From Betaproteobacteria bacterium (lineage in GTDB: Bacteria > Pseudomonadota > Gammaproteobacteria > Burkholderiales > JAEUOS01), in assembly GCA_028292405.1 (NCBI GenBank), contig JAQGMJ010000028.1, forward strand, positions 48,676 to 112,675: a stretch of DNA of 64,000 bases, written 5' to 3'. A program made the position numbers and the translations under genes. The first letter of the stretch is position 1. Each line of letters begins with the position of its first letter. Positions 46,542 to 57,808 of the stretch are shown one piece after another. The notes beneath the pieces are model-generated. The model was not told where the DNA came from. It saw only the letters and a program-made list of their open reading frames with translations, and ran no database searches.

Positions 46542-49500
46542 GTGAGCTTCAGCGACATCTTCATCCGCCGCCCCATCGCCACCACCCTGCTGACGGCGGG
46601 CGTGGCGCTGGCGGGGGTGATCGGCTTCACCCTGCTGCCGGTGTCGCCATTGCCGCAAGTGGATTTCCCCACCGTTTCGGTGCAGGCCAGCCTGCCCGGC
46701 GCCAGCCCCGAGACCATGGCGGCGACGGTGGCCACGCCGCTGGAACGCTCGCTGGGCAAGATCGCCGGGGTCACCGAGATGACCTCGTCGTCTTCGCTCG
46801 GCTCGGCGCGCGTCACCCTGCAGTTCGATTTGTCGCGCGACATCGACGGCGCCGCGCGCGACGTGCAGGCCGCGATCAACGCGGCGCGCGTGCTGCTGCC
46901 CACCAGCCTGCCGTCGAATCCGACCTACCGCAAGGTCAACCCGGCCGACGCGCCGATCATGATCATCGCGCTCACTTCCGAAGTGATGTCGCGCGGGCAG
47001 ATGTACGACGCCGCCGCCACCGTGCTGGCGCAGACGCTGTCGCAGGTCGACGGCGTCGGCCAGGTGGTGGTGTCGGGAAGTGCCTTGCCGGCGGTGCGCG
47101 TCGAAGTGAACATGCCGCGGATGAACCAGATGGGCCTGGCCTTCGAGACCGTGCGCAACGCCATCGCCAACAGCAACGCCAACCGGCCCAAGGGCGCGAT
47201 CGAGACCGAAACCCGGCGCTGGCAGATCCAGGCCAACGACCAGGCGCAGACCGCCGCCGAGTTCGCCCCCCTGATCGTCGGCTACAAGAACGGCGGGGCG
47301 ATCCGCCTCTCCGACATCGCCCAGGTGGTCGACTCGGTGCAGGACCTGCGCAACGACGGCTCGGTCAATGGCAAGCCAGCGGTAATGCTGATCGTCACCC
47401 GCCAGCCGGGCGCCAACATCCTCGAGACGGTCGACCGCATCAAGGCCTTGCTGCCGCAACTGGCGCAAACCATTCCCCGCACCATCGACCTGCAGGTGGC
47501 GATGGAGCGCACCACCACCATCCGCGCCTCCCTGCACGAGGTGGAGCGCGCGCTGCTGATTTCCATCGCCCTGGTGATCATGGTGGTGTTCCTGTTCCTG
47601 CGCAGCGGCCGCGCCACCTTCATTCCGGCCGTCGCCGTGCCGGTGTCGCTGTGCGGCACCTTCGCGGTGATGTACTTGGCGGGCTTTTCGCTGAACAACC
47701 TGTCGCTGATGGCGCTCACGGTGGCCACCGGCTTCGTGGTGGACGACGCCATCGTGGTGCTGGAAAACATCTCGCGTCACATCGAAGAAGGCATGAAGCC
47801 GATGCGCGCGGCCATCATCGGCGCGCGCGAGGTCGGCTTCACGGTGGTGTCGATGAGCGTTTCGCTGATCGCCGTGTTCGTGCCCATCCTCGCCATGGGC
47901 GGCATCGTCGGGCGCCTGTTCCGCGAATTCGCCGTCACGCTGTCGGCCGCCATCCTGGTCTCGCTGGTGATTTCGCTCACCACCACGCCGATGATGTGCG
48001 CCCGGCTGCCGGCACGCAAGAAAGAAGGGCAAGGCGGCAAGCCGCCCGGGCGCTTCGCCCGCTGGAGCGAGGCCGCGCTCGGCGGCATGCACCGGGGCTA
48101 TGCCCGCACCCTGCGCTTCGCGCTCGACTACAGCGTGATCACCTTGCTAATCTTGGCCGGCACCATCGCGCTCAACGTTTACCTGTTCACCATCGTGCCC
48201 AAGGGATTTTTCCCGACCCAGGATACCGGGATGATGACGGGAGGCGTGCAGGCGGACCAGTCCACCTCGTTCCAGTCGATGCAGCTCAAGCTCAAGGCTT
48301 TCATCGAGATCGTCAAGGCCGACCCGGCGGTTTCCACCGTCGCCGGCTTCACCGGCGGCGGGCAGCGCAACTCGGCCTTTCTCTACGTCGTGCTCAAGCC
48401 GCTGAAGGAGCGCAACTACATGTCGTCGATGGACGTGGTGGCGCGCATGCGGCCGAAGCTCTCCAAGGTACCCGGCGCCGCGTTGTTCCTGCAGCCGGTG
48501 CAGGACATCCGCATCGGCGGGCGCTCTTCCAACGCCACCTACCAGTTCACCCTGCAGGGCGACGACCTCAACGAGTTGCGCGACTGGGAGCCCAAGGTGC
48601 GCGCGGCCCTGTCGCGCTTGCCCGAGCTCACCGACGTCAATACCGACGCCGCCGACAAGGGCCTGCAGTCGAGCGTGGTTTTCAATCGCGACGCGGCTTC
48701 CCGCCTCGGCCTGAACCCCAGTTCGATCGACGCCGTGCTAAACGACGCCTTCGGCCAGCGGCAGGTGTCGACCATCTACGCGCCGCTGAACCAGTACCGC
48801 GTGGTGATGGAAGCCGCCCCCGAGTTCTGGCAAAGCCCCAACACGCTGAACCAGGTGTACATTCCCGCGCCCGGCAGCAGCAGCGGCGTGGTGCCCCTGT
48901 CGACAGTCGCCACCTTCACTTCTACCAACACCTCGCTGGGGGTCAATCACCAGGGGCAGTTCGCCGCCTCCACCGTTTCCTTCAACCTGGCGCCCAAGGT
49001 CAGCCTGGGCGAGGCCTCGGCCGCAATCAACGACGCGATGGCGCGCGCCGGCGTGCCCAACTCGGTGCGCGGCACCTTTCAGGGCAGCGCCAAGGCGTTC
49101 CAGGATTCGCTCTCCTCGCAGCCGATGCTGATCCTGGCGGCGCTGATCACCATCTACATCGTGCTGGGCGTGCTCTACGAGAGCACCGTGCATCCGATCA
49201 CCATCATCTCCACCCTGCCCTCGGCCGGCGTCGGCGCCGTGCTGGCGCTGATTCTCACCGGCACCGAGTTCAACATCATCGGCTTGATCGGCGTGATATT
49301 GCTGATCGGCATCGTCAAGAAAAACGCCATCATGATGATCGACGTGGCGATCACCGCCGAGCGCGAGCGCGGCCTGGACCCGCGCGAGGCGATCTACGAA
49401 GCCTGCCTGCTGCGCCTGCGTCCGATCATGATGACCACCCTGGCCGCGCTGCTGGGCGCCCTGCCCCTGGCCTTGGGCAGCGGCGACGGCGCCGAGCTGC

Positions 49501-49661
49501 GCCGGCCGCTGGGCATTTCCATCGTCGGCGGGCTGATTCTTTCGCAACTCCTGACCCTTTACACCACTCCGGTGGTCTACCTGGCGCTGGACCGGGCGCG
49601 CCTGCGCATGAGTGGCTGGTATGGCCACCTGCGCGGCAGGCCCGTGGGATCAACAATATGA
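46542..49661 (+). CDS. mdtC: MdtC/MuxC RND permease
   Basis: [43 protein letters not shown]. Confidence 0.95.
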   Translation: MSFSDIFIRRPIATTLLTAGVALAGVIGFTLLPVSPLPQVDFPTVSVQASLPGASPETMAATVATPLERSLGKIAGVTEMTSSSSLGSARVTLQFDLSRDIDGAARDVQAAINAARVLLPTSLPSNPTYRKVNPADAPIMIIALTSEVMSRGQMYDAAATVLAQTLSQVDGVGQVVVSGSALPAVRVEVNMPRMNQMGLAFETVRNAIANSNANRPKGAIETETRRWQIQANDQAQTAAEFAPLIVGYKNGGAIRLSDIAQVVDSVQDLRNDGSVNGKPAVMLIVTRQPGANILETVDRIKALLPQLAQTIPRTIDLQVAMERTTTIRASLHEVERALLISIALVIMVVFLFLRSGRATFIPAVAVPVSLCGTFAVMYLAGFSLNNLSLMALTVATGFVVDDAIVVLENISRHIEEGMKPMRAAIIGAREVGFTVVSMSVSLIAVFVPILAMGGIVGRLFREFAVTLSAAILVSLVISLTTTPMMCARLPARKKEGQGGKPPGRFARWSEAALGGMHRGYARTLRFALDYSVITLLILAGTIALNVYLFTIVPKGFFPTQDTGMMTGGVQADQSTSFQSMQLKLKAFIEIVKADPAVSTVAGFTGGGQRNSAFLYVVLKPLKERNYMSSMDVVARMRPKLSKVPGAALFLQPVQDIRIGGRSSNATYQFTLQGDDLNELRDWEPKVRAALSRLPELTDVNTDAADKGLQSSVVFNRDAASRLGLNPSSIDAVLNDAFGQRQVSTIYAPLNQYRVVMEAAPEFWQSPNTLNQVYIPAPGSSSGVVPLSTVATFTSTNTSLGVNHQGQFAASTVSFNLAPKVSLGEASAAINDAMARAGVPNSVRGTFQGSAKAFQDSLSSQPMLILAALITIYIVLGVLYESTVHPITIISTLPSAGVGAVLALILTGTEFNIIGLIGVILLIGIVKKNAIMMIDVAITAERERGLDPREAIYEACLLRLRPIMMTTLAALLGALPLALGSGDGAELRRPLGISIVGGLILSQLLTLYTTPVVYLALDRARLRMSGWYGHLRGRPVGSTI

Positions 49662-51199
49662 AACCCAGACCGATGATCCATTTTTCGCGCAGGCAACTGG
49701 CATGCGCCGCGACCCTGGCCGCGCTCGCGCTTTCCGCCTGCACCGTCGGCCCGGCCTACAAGCGCCCGGACGTAGCGGCGCCAGCCAGCTTCAAGGAAGT
49801 GAACAACTTCGACGGCAGCGCCTGGAAGACCGCCACCCCCGGCGACCAGTTGCCGCGCGGCCCCTGGTGGGAGCGCTTCCAGGACGAGGACCTCAACGCG
49901 CTGGCCGCGAAGGTCGAAACCGACAACCAGAGCCTGAGGAGCTACGCGGCGCGCTACAACCAGGCCGCCGCCCTGATCCGCCAGGCGCGGGCCGCCTATT
50001 TCCCCACCCTGAATCTCAACGCCGGCACCACCCGCTCACGCAATGGTACAGCCGGCATCACACAGGCAGCGCCGACGACCAGCGATTCGGTTTCCGCATC
50101 CATCTCCTCCTGGGAACTCGACCTCTGGGGCCGCATCCGCAGCACCGTGGACGCCAACGAACTGTCGGCGCAGGCAAGCATCGCCGACCTGGAAAACATC
50201 AAGCTTTCCCTGCAGGCGCAACTCGTCACCAGCTACCTGTCGCTGCGCATCACCGACGAAGAGGCGAACCTGCTCAAGCGCACGGTAGACGATTATCAAA
50301 AGGCGCTTGACCTCACCACCAACCGCTACAAGGCCGGCATCGCCGCCAAGCTCGACGTTTCCGAAGCCGAGGCGCAATTGAAGGCCGCGCAGGCGCAATA
50401 CCTGGACATCGGCATCGCGCGTGCGCAGTTCGAGCACGCCGTGGCGGTGCTGATCGGCAAGGCGCCGGCCGATTTCGCCATCGCCCCCAAGTCCCTGGTG
50501 CTGAAGATGCCGGACATTCCTCTGACCGCGCCTTCCGCCCTGCTGGAACGCCGGCCAGACGTGGCGGCGGCCGAACGCCGCATCGCCTCGGCCAATGCCC
50601 AGGTGGGCGCGGCGCAAGCAGCGCTGTTCCCCGAGTTGACCCTGGCGGCCACCGTCGGCTACCGCGCCAACAAGTGGGCAAATATTCTTTCGGTGCCGAA
50701 CCGCTTCTGGTCGGTCGGCCCGCAGTTGGCCCTGACCCTTTTCGACGGCGGCCTGCGCCGCGGCCAGATCGCCCAGGCCGAAGCAATCTACGACCAGAAT
50801 GTCGCAGACTATCGCCAGACCGTGCTCACCGCCTTCCAGGACGTCGAAGACCAGCTGGTGGCCCTGCGCGTACTGGAGCAGGAAGCAGTGGTGCAGGCCG
50901 ATGCCGTACGTGCCTCCAACGAGTCCCTGATGCACACCGTCGAGCAATACAAGGGCGGCACCCTGGGCTACCTCAACGTGATCACCGCGCAGACCACCGC
51001 CTACACCAACCGCCGCACCGAGCTCGACATCCTGAACCGGCGCTATACCGCGGCGGTTGCCCTGATCAAGGCGCTGGGCGGCGGCTTTGCACAAAACGAG
51101 ATGACCGCGCCCGAGCTGCCGCCATCGCGCGGCATCGAGTTGCGCCGCGCCGACTTCCTGTCGCGCAAGAGCACGGACGGCAGCACGCCGGCCAAATAA
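49658..51199 (+). CDS. Outer-membrane efflux lipoprotein (NodT/OpmB-like)
   Basis: Lipobox [43 protein letters not shown] overlap with mdtC. Confidence 0.93.
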   Translation: MKPRPMIHFSRRQLACAATLAALALSACTVGPAYKRPDVAAPASFKEVNNFDGSAWKTATPGDQLPRGPWWERFQDEDLNALAAKVETDNQSLRSYAARYNQAAALIRQARAAYFPTLNLNAGTTRSRNGTAGITQAAPTTSDSVSASISSWELDLWGRIRSTVDANELSAQASIADLENIKLSLQAQLVTSYLSLRITDEEANLLKRTVDDYQKALDLTTNRYKAGIAAKLDVSEAEAQLKAAQAQYLDIGIARAQFEHAVAVLIGKAPADFAIAPKSLVLKMPDIPLTAPSALLERRPDVAAAERRIASANAQVGAAQAALFPELTLAATVGYRANKWANILSVPNRFWSVGPQLALTLFDGGLRRGQIAQAEAIYDQNVADYRQTVLTAFQDVEDQLVALRVLEQEAVVQADAVRASNESLMHTVEQYKGGTLGYLNVITAQTTAYTNRRTELDILNRRYTAAVALIKALGGGFAQNEMTAPELPPSRGIELRRADFLSRKSTDGSTPAK

Positions 51200-51207
51200 G
51201 CCGTCAC

Positions 51208-51230
51208 CACCGCCCGGCGTCCGGGCGGTG
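51208..51230. terminator. Hairpin between convergent genes
   Basis: CACCGCCCGG-CGT-CCGGGCGGTG. Confidence 0.55.
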
Positions 51231-51238
51231 CGTCAGGC

Positions 51239-51817
51239 TCAAGCCTGGTTGAAATGCCCGCCGAGTTCCTCGTCGAACTTCCCGTCGATCAGGATGAACG
51301 CCACCCGGCAGGCCGCCTTCGAACGGTTGACCCAGGCATGGTTGGTGCCGCACTGAATCACGATGTCGCCGGCCTTCAGGTGCACGTCCACGTCGTCCAG
51401 CAACATGTCGATTTCGCCTTCGAGGATGAGCGCGTAGTCTATCGTCTCGGTGCGGTGCATCAGCGGATGGCGCCCGCCGCGGCCGAAGGTCGACGCCTTC
51501 TCGTTGCCCAGCGCGGCGAAAGCCTTGCGCGCGGCGGCGACGTCCATGGTGCCCGCGACATCGCTCTCGGGCGGAAAATTATTGATGCGCAGCACCGTGC
51601 CGTTTTTCGTCGGCATCTGCCGGCGCGCGCCCTCGGTGGTCTCGCCATGCTGGGCGCGCACCACCACCGGCATGCCGTCGGTGCGCCAGATGTCGGTGGA
51701 ATTCCATTCCGGGTTGCTCGGGTTGCTGTGCACGAAGGTCGCGGGTGCGTCCGAAACAACAATAGCCTTGCCTTCGGCGTCATGTCCGGTGATGACGCGG
51801 CGAATCGGTCTTGCCAT
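51239..51817 (-). CDS. Cupin domain protein
   Basis: RRVITGHDAEGKA, MHRTETIDY, GDIVIQCGTNHAW. Confidence 0.92.
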   Translation of the reverse strand: MARPIRRVITGHDAEGKAIVVSDAPATFVHSNPSNPEWNSTDIWRTDGMPVVVRAQHGETTEGARRQMPTKNGTVLRINNFPPESDVAGTMDVAAARKAFAALGNEKASTFGRGGRHPLMHRTETIDYALILEGEIDMLLDDVDVHLKAGDIVIQCGTNHAWVNRSKAACRVAFILIDGKFDEELGGHFNQA

Positions 51818-51877
51818 GGGTATCTCCTTTTAGAGCAGGGTGGGACGTCCGCCGAGCGGACAAAACAGGGAAAGCAA

Positions 51878-52660
51878 TCAGGCTCCCGCGCTCCTGCGCG
51901 GCGGCCAGCGGGACAAAACCAGCCCCTCGATCAGGTTGAAAGCCAGTGTCAGGCAAAACGCCAGCAGCCCGACCACGGCGAGCAGCCCGAACACCTGCGA
52001 CGAATTGAAGTTGCGCTGCCCGGTGACCATCAACAGGCCGATGCCGGGTAAACCGGTGAACATCTCCACCAGCAGGGTCACCACAATCGCCAGCGAGACC
52101 GCCACGCGCACACCGAGCAAAAAAGCCGGCAGGGTGGCGGGGATCACGATCTTGATCATGCGTACAGTCCAGGGCATGCGCATGCTGCGGCCGACGTCGA
52201 GCTGTAATTCTCGGATGGCGGCGACCCCGGCGACGGTGTTGAGCAGGATCGGCCAGGCCGTCGTATAGGCGATCACGCCGATCTGCATGCCCGGCGAAAA
52301 GCCCAGCATCAGGATGGCGATCGGCACCACCACCGGCGGCGGCAGGGCGCGCAGGTACTCCAGCAGCATGCCGGTCCAGCGCCGCAGGCCCGGCAGCACG
52401 CCGATCAGCAGCCCCAGCGTAAATCCCAGCGCGCACGCGGCCAGCAAGCCCGCGGCGAAGTTCTGCAAGGTCGCCAGCACCGCGGGGCCCAGCAAGCCGT
52501 CGGCGGTGAGGCCGCGGATCGCGGTCCACCAATTGGAAGGCGGCGGAAAACTCGGCGACTCGTCGGGCGCCACGCATTGCCAGACCAGCAGCACCGCCGC
52601 CAGCGGCAGCAGCCCTACCGGCGGAGGCAGCAATTGCGCCAGACGCTTGAATTTCATCAC
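51878..52660 (-). CDS. ABC permease (SsuC/TauC type)
   Basis: Hydrophobic; LRALPP, WPILLNT..G, PATLP. Confidence 0.92.
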   Translation of the reverse strand: MMKFKRLAQLLPPPVGLLPLAAVLLVWQCVAPDESPSFPPPSNWWTAIRGLTADGLLGPAVLATLQNFAAGLLAACALGFTLGLLIGVLPGLRRWTGMLLEYLRALPPPVVVPIAILMLGFSPGMQIGVIAYTTAWPILLNTVAGVAAIRELQLDVGRSMRMPWTVRMIKIVIPATLPAFLLGVRVAVSLAIVVTLLVEMFTGLPGIGLLMVTGQRNFNSSQVFGLLAVVGLLAFCLTLAFNLIEGLVLSRWPPRRSAGA

Positions 52661-53433
52661 GCCCTGCCCTGGATGGAAAGCCGGCGGAATTCACCCGGCA
52701 ACAGCAGGCGGGCAATGCCGCGCAGGCCGGCATCCAGGAGGATGCCCAGCGCGCCCATGATCAGCACATAGCCGAACATCCGGTCCGGATGCATCGCCTG
52801 CTGCTCGCGCACCACCGCGTAACCGAGCCCAACCGGGTTGCCGATCATCTCGGCGGCGACAGCCATGATCAGGCTGAGAGTAAGCGCTAGCCGCGCACCA
52901 ATGAGAATGGCCGGCGCGGCGGCGGGCAGCAGAATAGTGGTGATGGTCGATAGCGCGGAAAGCCGCAGGGTCCGCGCCACGTCGGTCAGGCGCTCGGAAA
53001 CCGCCATTACCCCGCCCATCGAGTTGACCAGCGCCGGCCAGATCACCGGCGCCACGATCACCAACAACTCCATCTGGATCGAAAAGCCGAACAGCAGCAA
53101 GGCCACCGGCACGAATGCGATGCCGGGCAAAGGCCGCAGCATCTCCACGCTCGCCAGCGTGTAACGCCGCGTCTTCGGCGACAGGCCCAGCACCACGCCG
53201 ATGGCCGTGCCGGCGCCGCAGGCGATCGCCCAGCCGAGCAGCGCCGCCATCAGCGTGTGGCCGATTTCCTCCCACATCTCCGCCCCACCCGCCATGCCGG
53301 CCAGGCCGCGCGCAATTACCGAGGGCGCCGGTACATATTCATACTGCACCAGGCCGCTGCTGACCAGCCCCTGCCACAGGCCGAAAAACACCAGCAGCCC
53401 GCCGACACCCGCGAAAAGGTCGCGGTACTTCAT
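52657..53433 (-). CDS. ABC permease (SsuC/TauC type)
   Basis: LRPLP, DVARTL, VAAEM..GLG. Confidence 0.92.
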   Translation of the reverse strand: MKYRDLFAGVGGLLVFFGLWQGLVSSGLVQYEYVPAPSVIARGLAGMAGGAEMWEEIGHTLMAALLGWAIACGAGTAIGVVLGLSPKTRRYTLASVEMLRPLPGIAFVPVALLLFGFSIQMELLVIVAPVIWPALVNSMGGVMAVSERLTDVARTLRLSALSTITTILLPAAAPAILIGARLALTLSLIMAVAAEMIGNPVGLGYAVVREQQAMHPDRMFGYVLIMGALGILLDAGLRGIARLLLPGEFRRLSIQGRA

Positions 53434-54209
53434 CCATGCCCCCCGGTAGCGCGGATTGCCGCATGCATATCGTGGCGCAGGGCGACAAAGCGCGGCAGCT
53501 CGCGGGTCGCCACCTGGTCGCGCGGAAAGGGCAGGTCGACATCGAAGCTCAGGGTGATGGATCCGGGCGAACCACTCAGCAAGGCCACCCGGTCGCCGAG
53601 GTACACCGCTTCCTCGATGTCATGTGTGATGAAGACGACGCTGACGCCGGTGGCCTGGCGCAAATGCAGCAACTCGTCCTGCTGGGTTGCCTTGGTCATC
53701 GCGTCGAGCGCGCCGAAGGGCTCGTCCATCAGCAGTACCGCCGGGCGCATGGCCACCGCCCGCGCGATCTGCACGCGCTGCTGCATGCCGCCGGAGAGTT
53801 GCCACGGATAATCGTTGGCGTTGCGCTCCAGGCCGACCAGACGCAATGCTTCAGTCACGCGGGCCGCCAGCGCCTCGCCCCTGAGTTCGCGCTCCACGCC
53901 CAGCGCGACATTGCGCGCCACGCTGCGCCATTGCAGCAGCGCATTGCCGTAGTCCTGGAACACGATGGCCACGCCATCCTGCGGGCCATCCATCGCCTGC
54001 CCGCGAAAGCGCACCGTGCCGCCGGTGGGCGTGGCCAGGCCGGCGAGTATGCGCAGCAGCGAAGTCTTGCCGGTGCCGGAGGCGCCGACGATGGTGAGGA
54101 TTTCCCCAGCGCCGAGCGAAAAGCCTACGTTCGAGAGTATCCGGCGCGGACCATCGGCCGCCGGCAATACCAGCTCCACCCCCTGCAGATCGAAGACCGC
54201 CTCAGCCAT
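53430..54209 (-). CDS. ABC ATP-binding protein (SsuB/TauB type)
   Basis: GASGTGKT, LSGGMQQR, LMDEPFGALD. Confidence 0.95.
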   Translation of the reverse strand: MAEAVFDLQGVELVLPAADGPRRILSNVGFSLGAGEILTIVGASGTGKTSLLRILAGLATPTGGTVRFRGQAMDGPQDGVAIVFQDYGNALLQWRSVARNVALGVERELRGEALAARVTEALRLVGLERNANDYPWQLSGGMQQRVQIARAVAMRPAVLLMDEPFGALDAMTKATQQDELLHLRQATGVSVVFITHDIEEAVYLGDRVALLSGSPGSITLSFDVDLPFPRDQVATRELPRFVALRHDMHAAIRATGGHG

Positions 54210-54225
54210 GGCGATAGCGCGGGCG

Positions 54226-55194
54226 CTATTTGACTTCGACGACCAGCTTGGCGGGATCGACGTCGCGCTGCAGCTGGCCGACCTCGCGCATCGCCTTGAT
54301 CCACGGCAGCAATTGCGCCGGGTCGAGATGCGCCTCGTAATTCGGGATCGGCAGCTTTTCCACCACCGCCGGCGGCAGGTTGGTGTATTTGGCGATGATG
54401 GCACGCGAGGGACCGGGGTTCGCGACGATGAAGGCCTGGGCCTCGGTCAGCGATTCCACCCATTGCTTGAGCACGGCGGGGTGGCTGCGCGCCCACGCGC
54501 CCTGGGCGATCCACAAGGTGGTGCGCGAGGGATCGGCCACCGCCATGGTCAGGCTGCCCAGGCTGACGTTGCCTGCCGCCAGCATCTGCCCGAGAAAGGG
54601 CTGGGTGGCTTCGACCGCATCGACGCGGCCCGCCTTCAACTGGTCGGCCATGTTGGGAAACGGCACTTCCACCGCGCGTATCGCGCCCGGCTCGACGCCG
54701 CTCTTTTTCAGCCAGTGCAGGGCGGCCAGGTGCAGGATGGCGCCCAATGTCGGCGTGGCGATGGTCTTGCCCTTGAGTTGCGCCACGCTGGTGATGCCGG
54801 AATCCTTGCGCACCACCAGGCCGTTGCCGGTCTGGTCGGAAACTTCCAGCACGCCGCCGGCCACGCCCACCACGTCCAAGCCGCTGCCGGCCGACTTGAT
54901 CAGGTCCGGCGGTGTTGCCGGCGCGATGTCGATTTGCTTGCCGACGGTGGCCGGCAGCAGAGAAATATTCTGCACCGCGGTAAAGGTGACATTGAGGCCG
55001 TGCTTGTCGAAAATGCCCTGGTCCTTGGCCACCCAGGCGATGGTCCAGGTGGCGGCGGGGATGTAGGCCACCCGCAGGGCAACCGGCGCAACAGTCTGCG
55101 CCACCGCATCCGCCGTCAGGGCGCCCACGCCCGCACCCAGGAGCATCGCCGCCAAAAAGGCACTCGTCCGGCGCCCGAACAGGTTAGCTCTCAT
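54226..55194 (-). CDS. ABC substrate-binding protein (SsuA/NMT1 type)
   Basis: Signal peptide, VAKDQGIFDKHGL, LKGKTIA, GRVDA. Confidence 0.9.
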   Translation of the reverse strand: MRANLFGRRTSAFLAAMLLGAGVGALTADAVAQTVAPVALRVAYIPAATWTIAWVAKDQGIFDKHGLNVTFTAVQNISLLPATVGKQIDIAPATPPDLIKSAGSGLDVVGVAGGVLEVSDQTGNGLVVRKDSGITSVAQLKGKTIATPTLGAILHLAALHWLKKSGVEPGAIRAVEVPFPNMADQLKAGRVDAVEATQPFLGQMLAAGNVSLGSLTMAVADPSRTTLWIAQGAWARSHPAVLKQWVESLTEAQAFIVANPGPSRAIIAKYTNLPPAVVEKLPIPNYEAHLDPAQLLPWIKAMREVGQLQRDVDPAKLVVEVK

Positions 55195-55356
55195 CTATAT
55201 GTCTCCGGATGTGGGTTTTATGGTTCCGCCAGGGCGCCAAGAATAGCCGCAAACGCCAAACCGCCACAGTCGCGATTGGCAACTCAGCGAATAAGCGGCC
55301 ATGCGGCGGCCCCGGCCCGGCGATTCACCGTGCCGGAAGCTCCCGCCGGCGTCAGT

Positions 55357-56547
55357 TCATTTGCCGCAAAAGTCGCTTCTGGCCCAGGCGCGCGGAATGC
55401 GCGGCCCGCCGATGCCGGGCCGGCCATCGGCGATGCGCTTGAGCAGGTCGTGCACCTCGGTGGTGAACAGCGCCAGCGACTTCGGGCTGAGCGCGCCGCG
55501 GTGCCCGCCGATGTCGTCGAGGTCGACGATTTTCGCGTTCGGCATGTTCTGCGCAGCTTCCAGCACGCCGCCTTCGCGCGCGGGATGGAGCTGATCGTAG
55601 CAATTGGGGAACAGGATCACCCGTGCGCGCACCGAGCGCGCGGCGGCGGCCAGATCACCGTTGAAGCCCGGCGTGCGGCCGATGTCGTGCTCCTGGATCG
55701 CCCAGGAGCGGTAGATCCAGTCGCGCGCCTGCACCGATTCGCCGAGGCGCTTGGCATCTTCGGTGAGCGCGGCATGCACCTGCTCCTTGTTGGCGAAGCC
55801 CTCCTCGAATCCCGATGCGGAAGAGCCCACCACGCTCTGGATCTGCAGCCCGACGCCTATCCCCGAGCGCGGCGGATCGTCATTCGGATACGCGCCGTCT
55901 TTCCATTTCGGATCGACCATGATCACCTGGCGGATCGCCTCCCAGATGTAATTGCCCTGGCGATTGGCGCGCGCCATCGGCACGGTCGGAAATGCCGCAT
56001 CCATGAAGGTGGGATAGCTAACGATCCACTGCATGGTCTCGATGCCGCCCATCGAAATGCCGCCGACGGCGACGATATGCTTGATCCCTAGACATTCGGT
56101 CAGCATGCGTTGCTCGGCATTGACCATGTCGCGGATGTTGAAACGCGGGAACGACATGTTGAGCCCGGAGCGGGTCGGCGAAGTCGTCGCGTTGGGGTCC
56201 ACCGAGGCCACGCCCAGGGTATCGGGCTGGATCACGAAGTAGCGATTGGTATCGAAGGCCTTGCCCGGCCCGGCCCAGGCCGACTGGCTGCCGCGATTGC
56301 CCTGCAGGCCGTGCAGGGAGAGCATGGCGTTGCTCTTGTCCGCATTCAGTGTGCCGAAGGCGAGGTAGGTCATCTTCACGTTGCGGATGACGCCGCCGCT
56401 CTCAAGCTTGAGGTCACCCAGCTGGCAGCTTTGTACGGCAGGCGCCGGCGTTTGCGACTGCGCCAGCGCAAGGCCGGGCGCGAGAACCAGCGCCGCCAGG
56501 AAACAAAAGCTGCGCAAGCGCGCGCAGCGATTCGCGGTGGAATGCAT
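55357..56547 (-). CDS. Exported alpha/beta hydrolase (MetX-like fold)
   Basis: Signal peptide, GTLNADKSNA, IRDMV, nucleophile motif GISMGG, and D and H in YDQL and GGH. Confidence 0.88.
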   Translation of the reverse strand: MHSTANRCARLRSFCFLAALVLAPGLALAQSQTPAPAVQSCQLGDLKLESGGVIRNVKMTYLAFGTLNADKSNAMLSLHGLQGNRGSQSAWAGPGKAFDTNRYFVIQPDTLGVASVDPNATTSPTRSGLNMSFPRFNIRDMVNAEQRMLTECLGIKHIVAVGGISMGGIETMQWIVSYPTFMDAAFPTVPMARANRQGNYIWEAIRQVIMVDPKWKDGAYPNDDPPRSGIGVGLQIQSVVGSSASGFEEGFANKEQVHAALTEDAKRLGESVQARDWIYRSWAIQEHDIGRTPGFNGDLAAAARSVRARVILFPNCYDQLHPAREGGVLEAAQNMPNAKIVDLDDIGGHRGALSPKSLALFTTEVHDLLKRIADGRPGIGGPRIPRAWARSDFCGK

Positions 56548-56712
56548 GTTTGTCCCTCGTCGTTTTTGTGCCGTTGATTCTAGCGCAGCCCGCAATGCAC
56601 CAATCGCTGTCCCAGCGGTGAAAATGCTTATAGTCTGCCCAGCCATTCTTTACGCCCTTGCATTGAACGACTAATATCGTCCTACACCAGCACCACGAAT
56701 CCGATTGCAGCA

Positions 56713-57753
56713 ATGAGCCAACCCATCCATGTCTACGCCGGCACCGCTGGCCACTCCGCCTGGTTCAGCGAGGACGACGGCCTCACCTGGGTGCACCCGA
56801 ACAGCCATTCCGGCATGTATCTCGAGGCGCGGGTCTGGACCTTCTCCAGCCACCCTGCGCGGCCGGGCGTGCTCTATGCCGGCAGCGACATGGGCGTGTT
56901 CCGCTGGGACGAAGCGCCCGCGCGCTGGACCCTGCTGGCCTCGCCGATGCAGGACGTCTGGGCCCTGGCCCAAGACCCGGCCAATCCCGACATCATCATC
57001 GCCGGCACCCGCCCGGCCGCCTTTTACCGCAGCGAAGACAGCGGCCTGAACTGGGCGAAGATGCATGCGCCGGACGCGCGGCAGTTCTCCGACATCAACA
57101 TGGGGCCGACGCGGGTGACGCAGATCCTGTTCGACCCGCAGGACAGCAACACCGTCTGGGCCAGCGTGGAAATCGGCGGCATTTTCCACAGCAGCGATGG
57201 CGGCCGGCATTGGACGCTGAAGGAAAAAGGGCTGGTCTCGATCGACGTGCACGGCATCGCCGTGATCCCGAAGCCGGACGGCACGCGCGTCCTCTACGCC
57301 ACCACCAACCGCGGCCTGCATCAGAGCGACGACAACGGCGAAAGCTGGCAATTCCGCGAGCTCGATTCGCCCTGGCAATACACCCGCGGCATCGCGCCGC
57401 GCGCCGACAACCCGGCGATCATTTTTCTCACGAACGGCAACGGCCCGCCGGGCAACGACGGCCGCCTGTGGCGCAGCCGCGATTACGGCGCCCACTTCGA
57501 GCGGGTGCAACTGCCCGGCGACCTGAACAGCACGCCGTGGTGCGTGGCCACGCATCCAGCCGACCCGCTGCGCCTGTTCGTCTGCACCAATCTCGGCCAA
57601 GTGTTTCGCTCCACCGATGGCGGCGACACCTGGACGCGGCTGCCGCATGAATTCGGCGAACTGCGCGCGCTGTGCTGGCGGCCGCTGCCTGAGGGAACGC
57701 GGCAGGCGCCGCATTCGATGACCCGGCCGGTGGTCAAGGCGACAGGCGGGTAA
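56713..57753 (+). CDS. BNR/Asp-box beta-propeller protein
   Basis: Repeated S.D.G..W motifs (SEDDGLTW, SEDSGLNW, SSDGGRHW, SDDNGESW, STDGGDTW). Confidence 0.88.
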   Translation: MSQPIHVYAGTAGHSAWFSEDDGLTWVHPNSHSGMYLEARVWTFSSHPARPGVLYAGSDMGVFRWDEAPARWTLLASPMQDVWALAQDPANPDIIIAGTRPAAFYRSEDSGLNWAKMHAPDARQFSDINMGPTRVTQILFDPQDSNTVWASVEIGGIFHSSDGGRHWTLKEKGLVSIDVHGIAVIPKPDGTRVLYATTNRGLHQSDDNGESWQFRELDSPWQYTRGIAPRADNPAIIFLTNGNGPPGNDGRLWRSRDYGAHFERVQLPGDLNSTPWCVATHPADPLRLFVCTNLGQVFRSTDGGDTWTRLPHEFGELRALCWRPLPEGTRQAPHSMTRPVVKATGG

Positions 57754-57808
57754 GGCGCGCGGGTCGCGCCGCTTGGCTGTCGCCTCAGCTGGCGCCTAAA
57801 TCAGCGCC

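Noticed and set aside
47651-49657. N-terminal ~670 aa of the 1182-aa ORF
   Set aside because: Arg/Pro-rich off-frame shadow of mdtC. The real lipoprotein starts at 49658.
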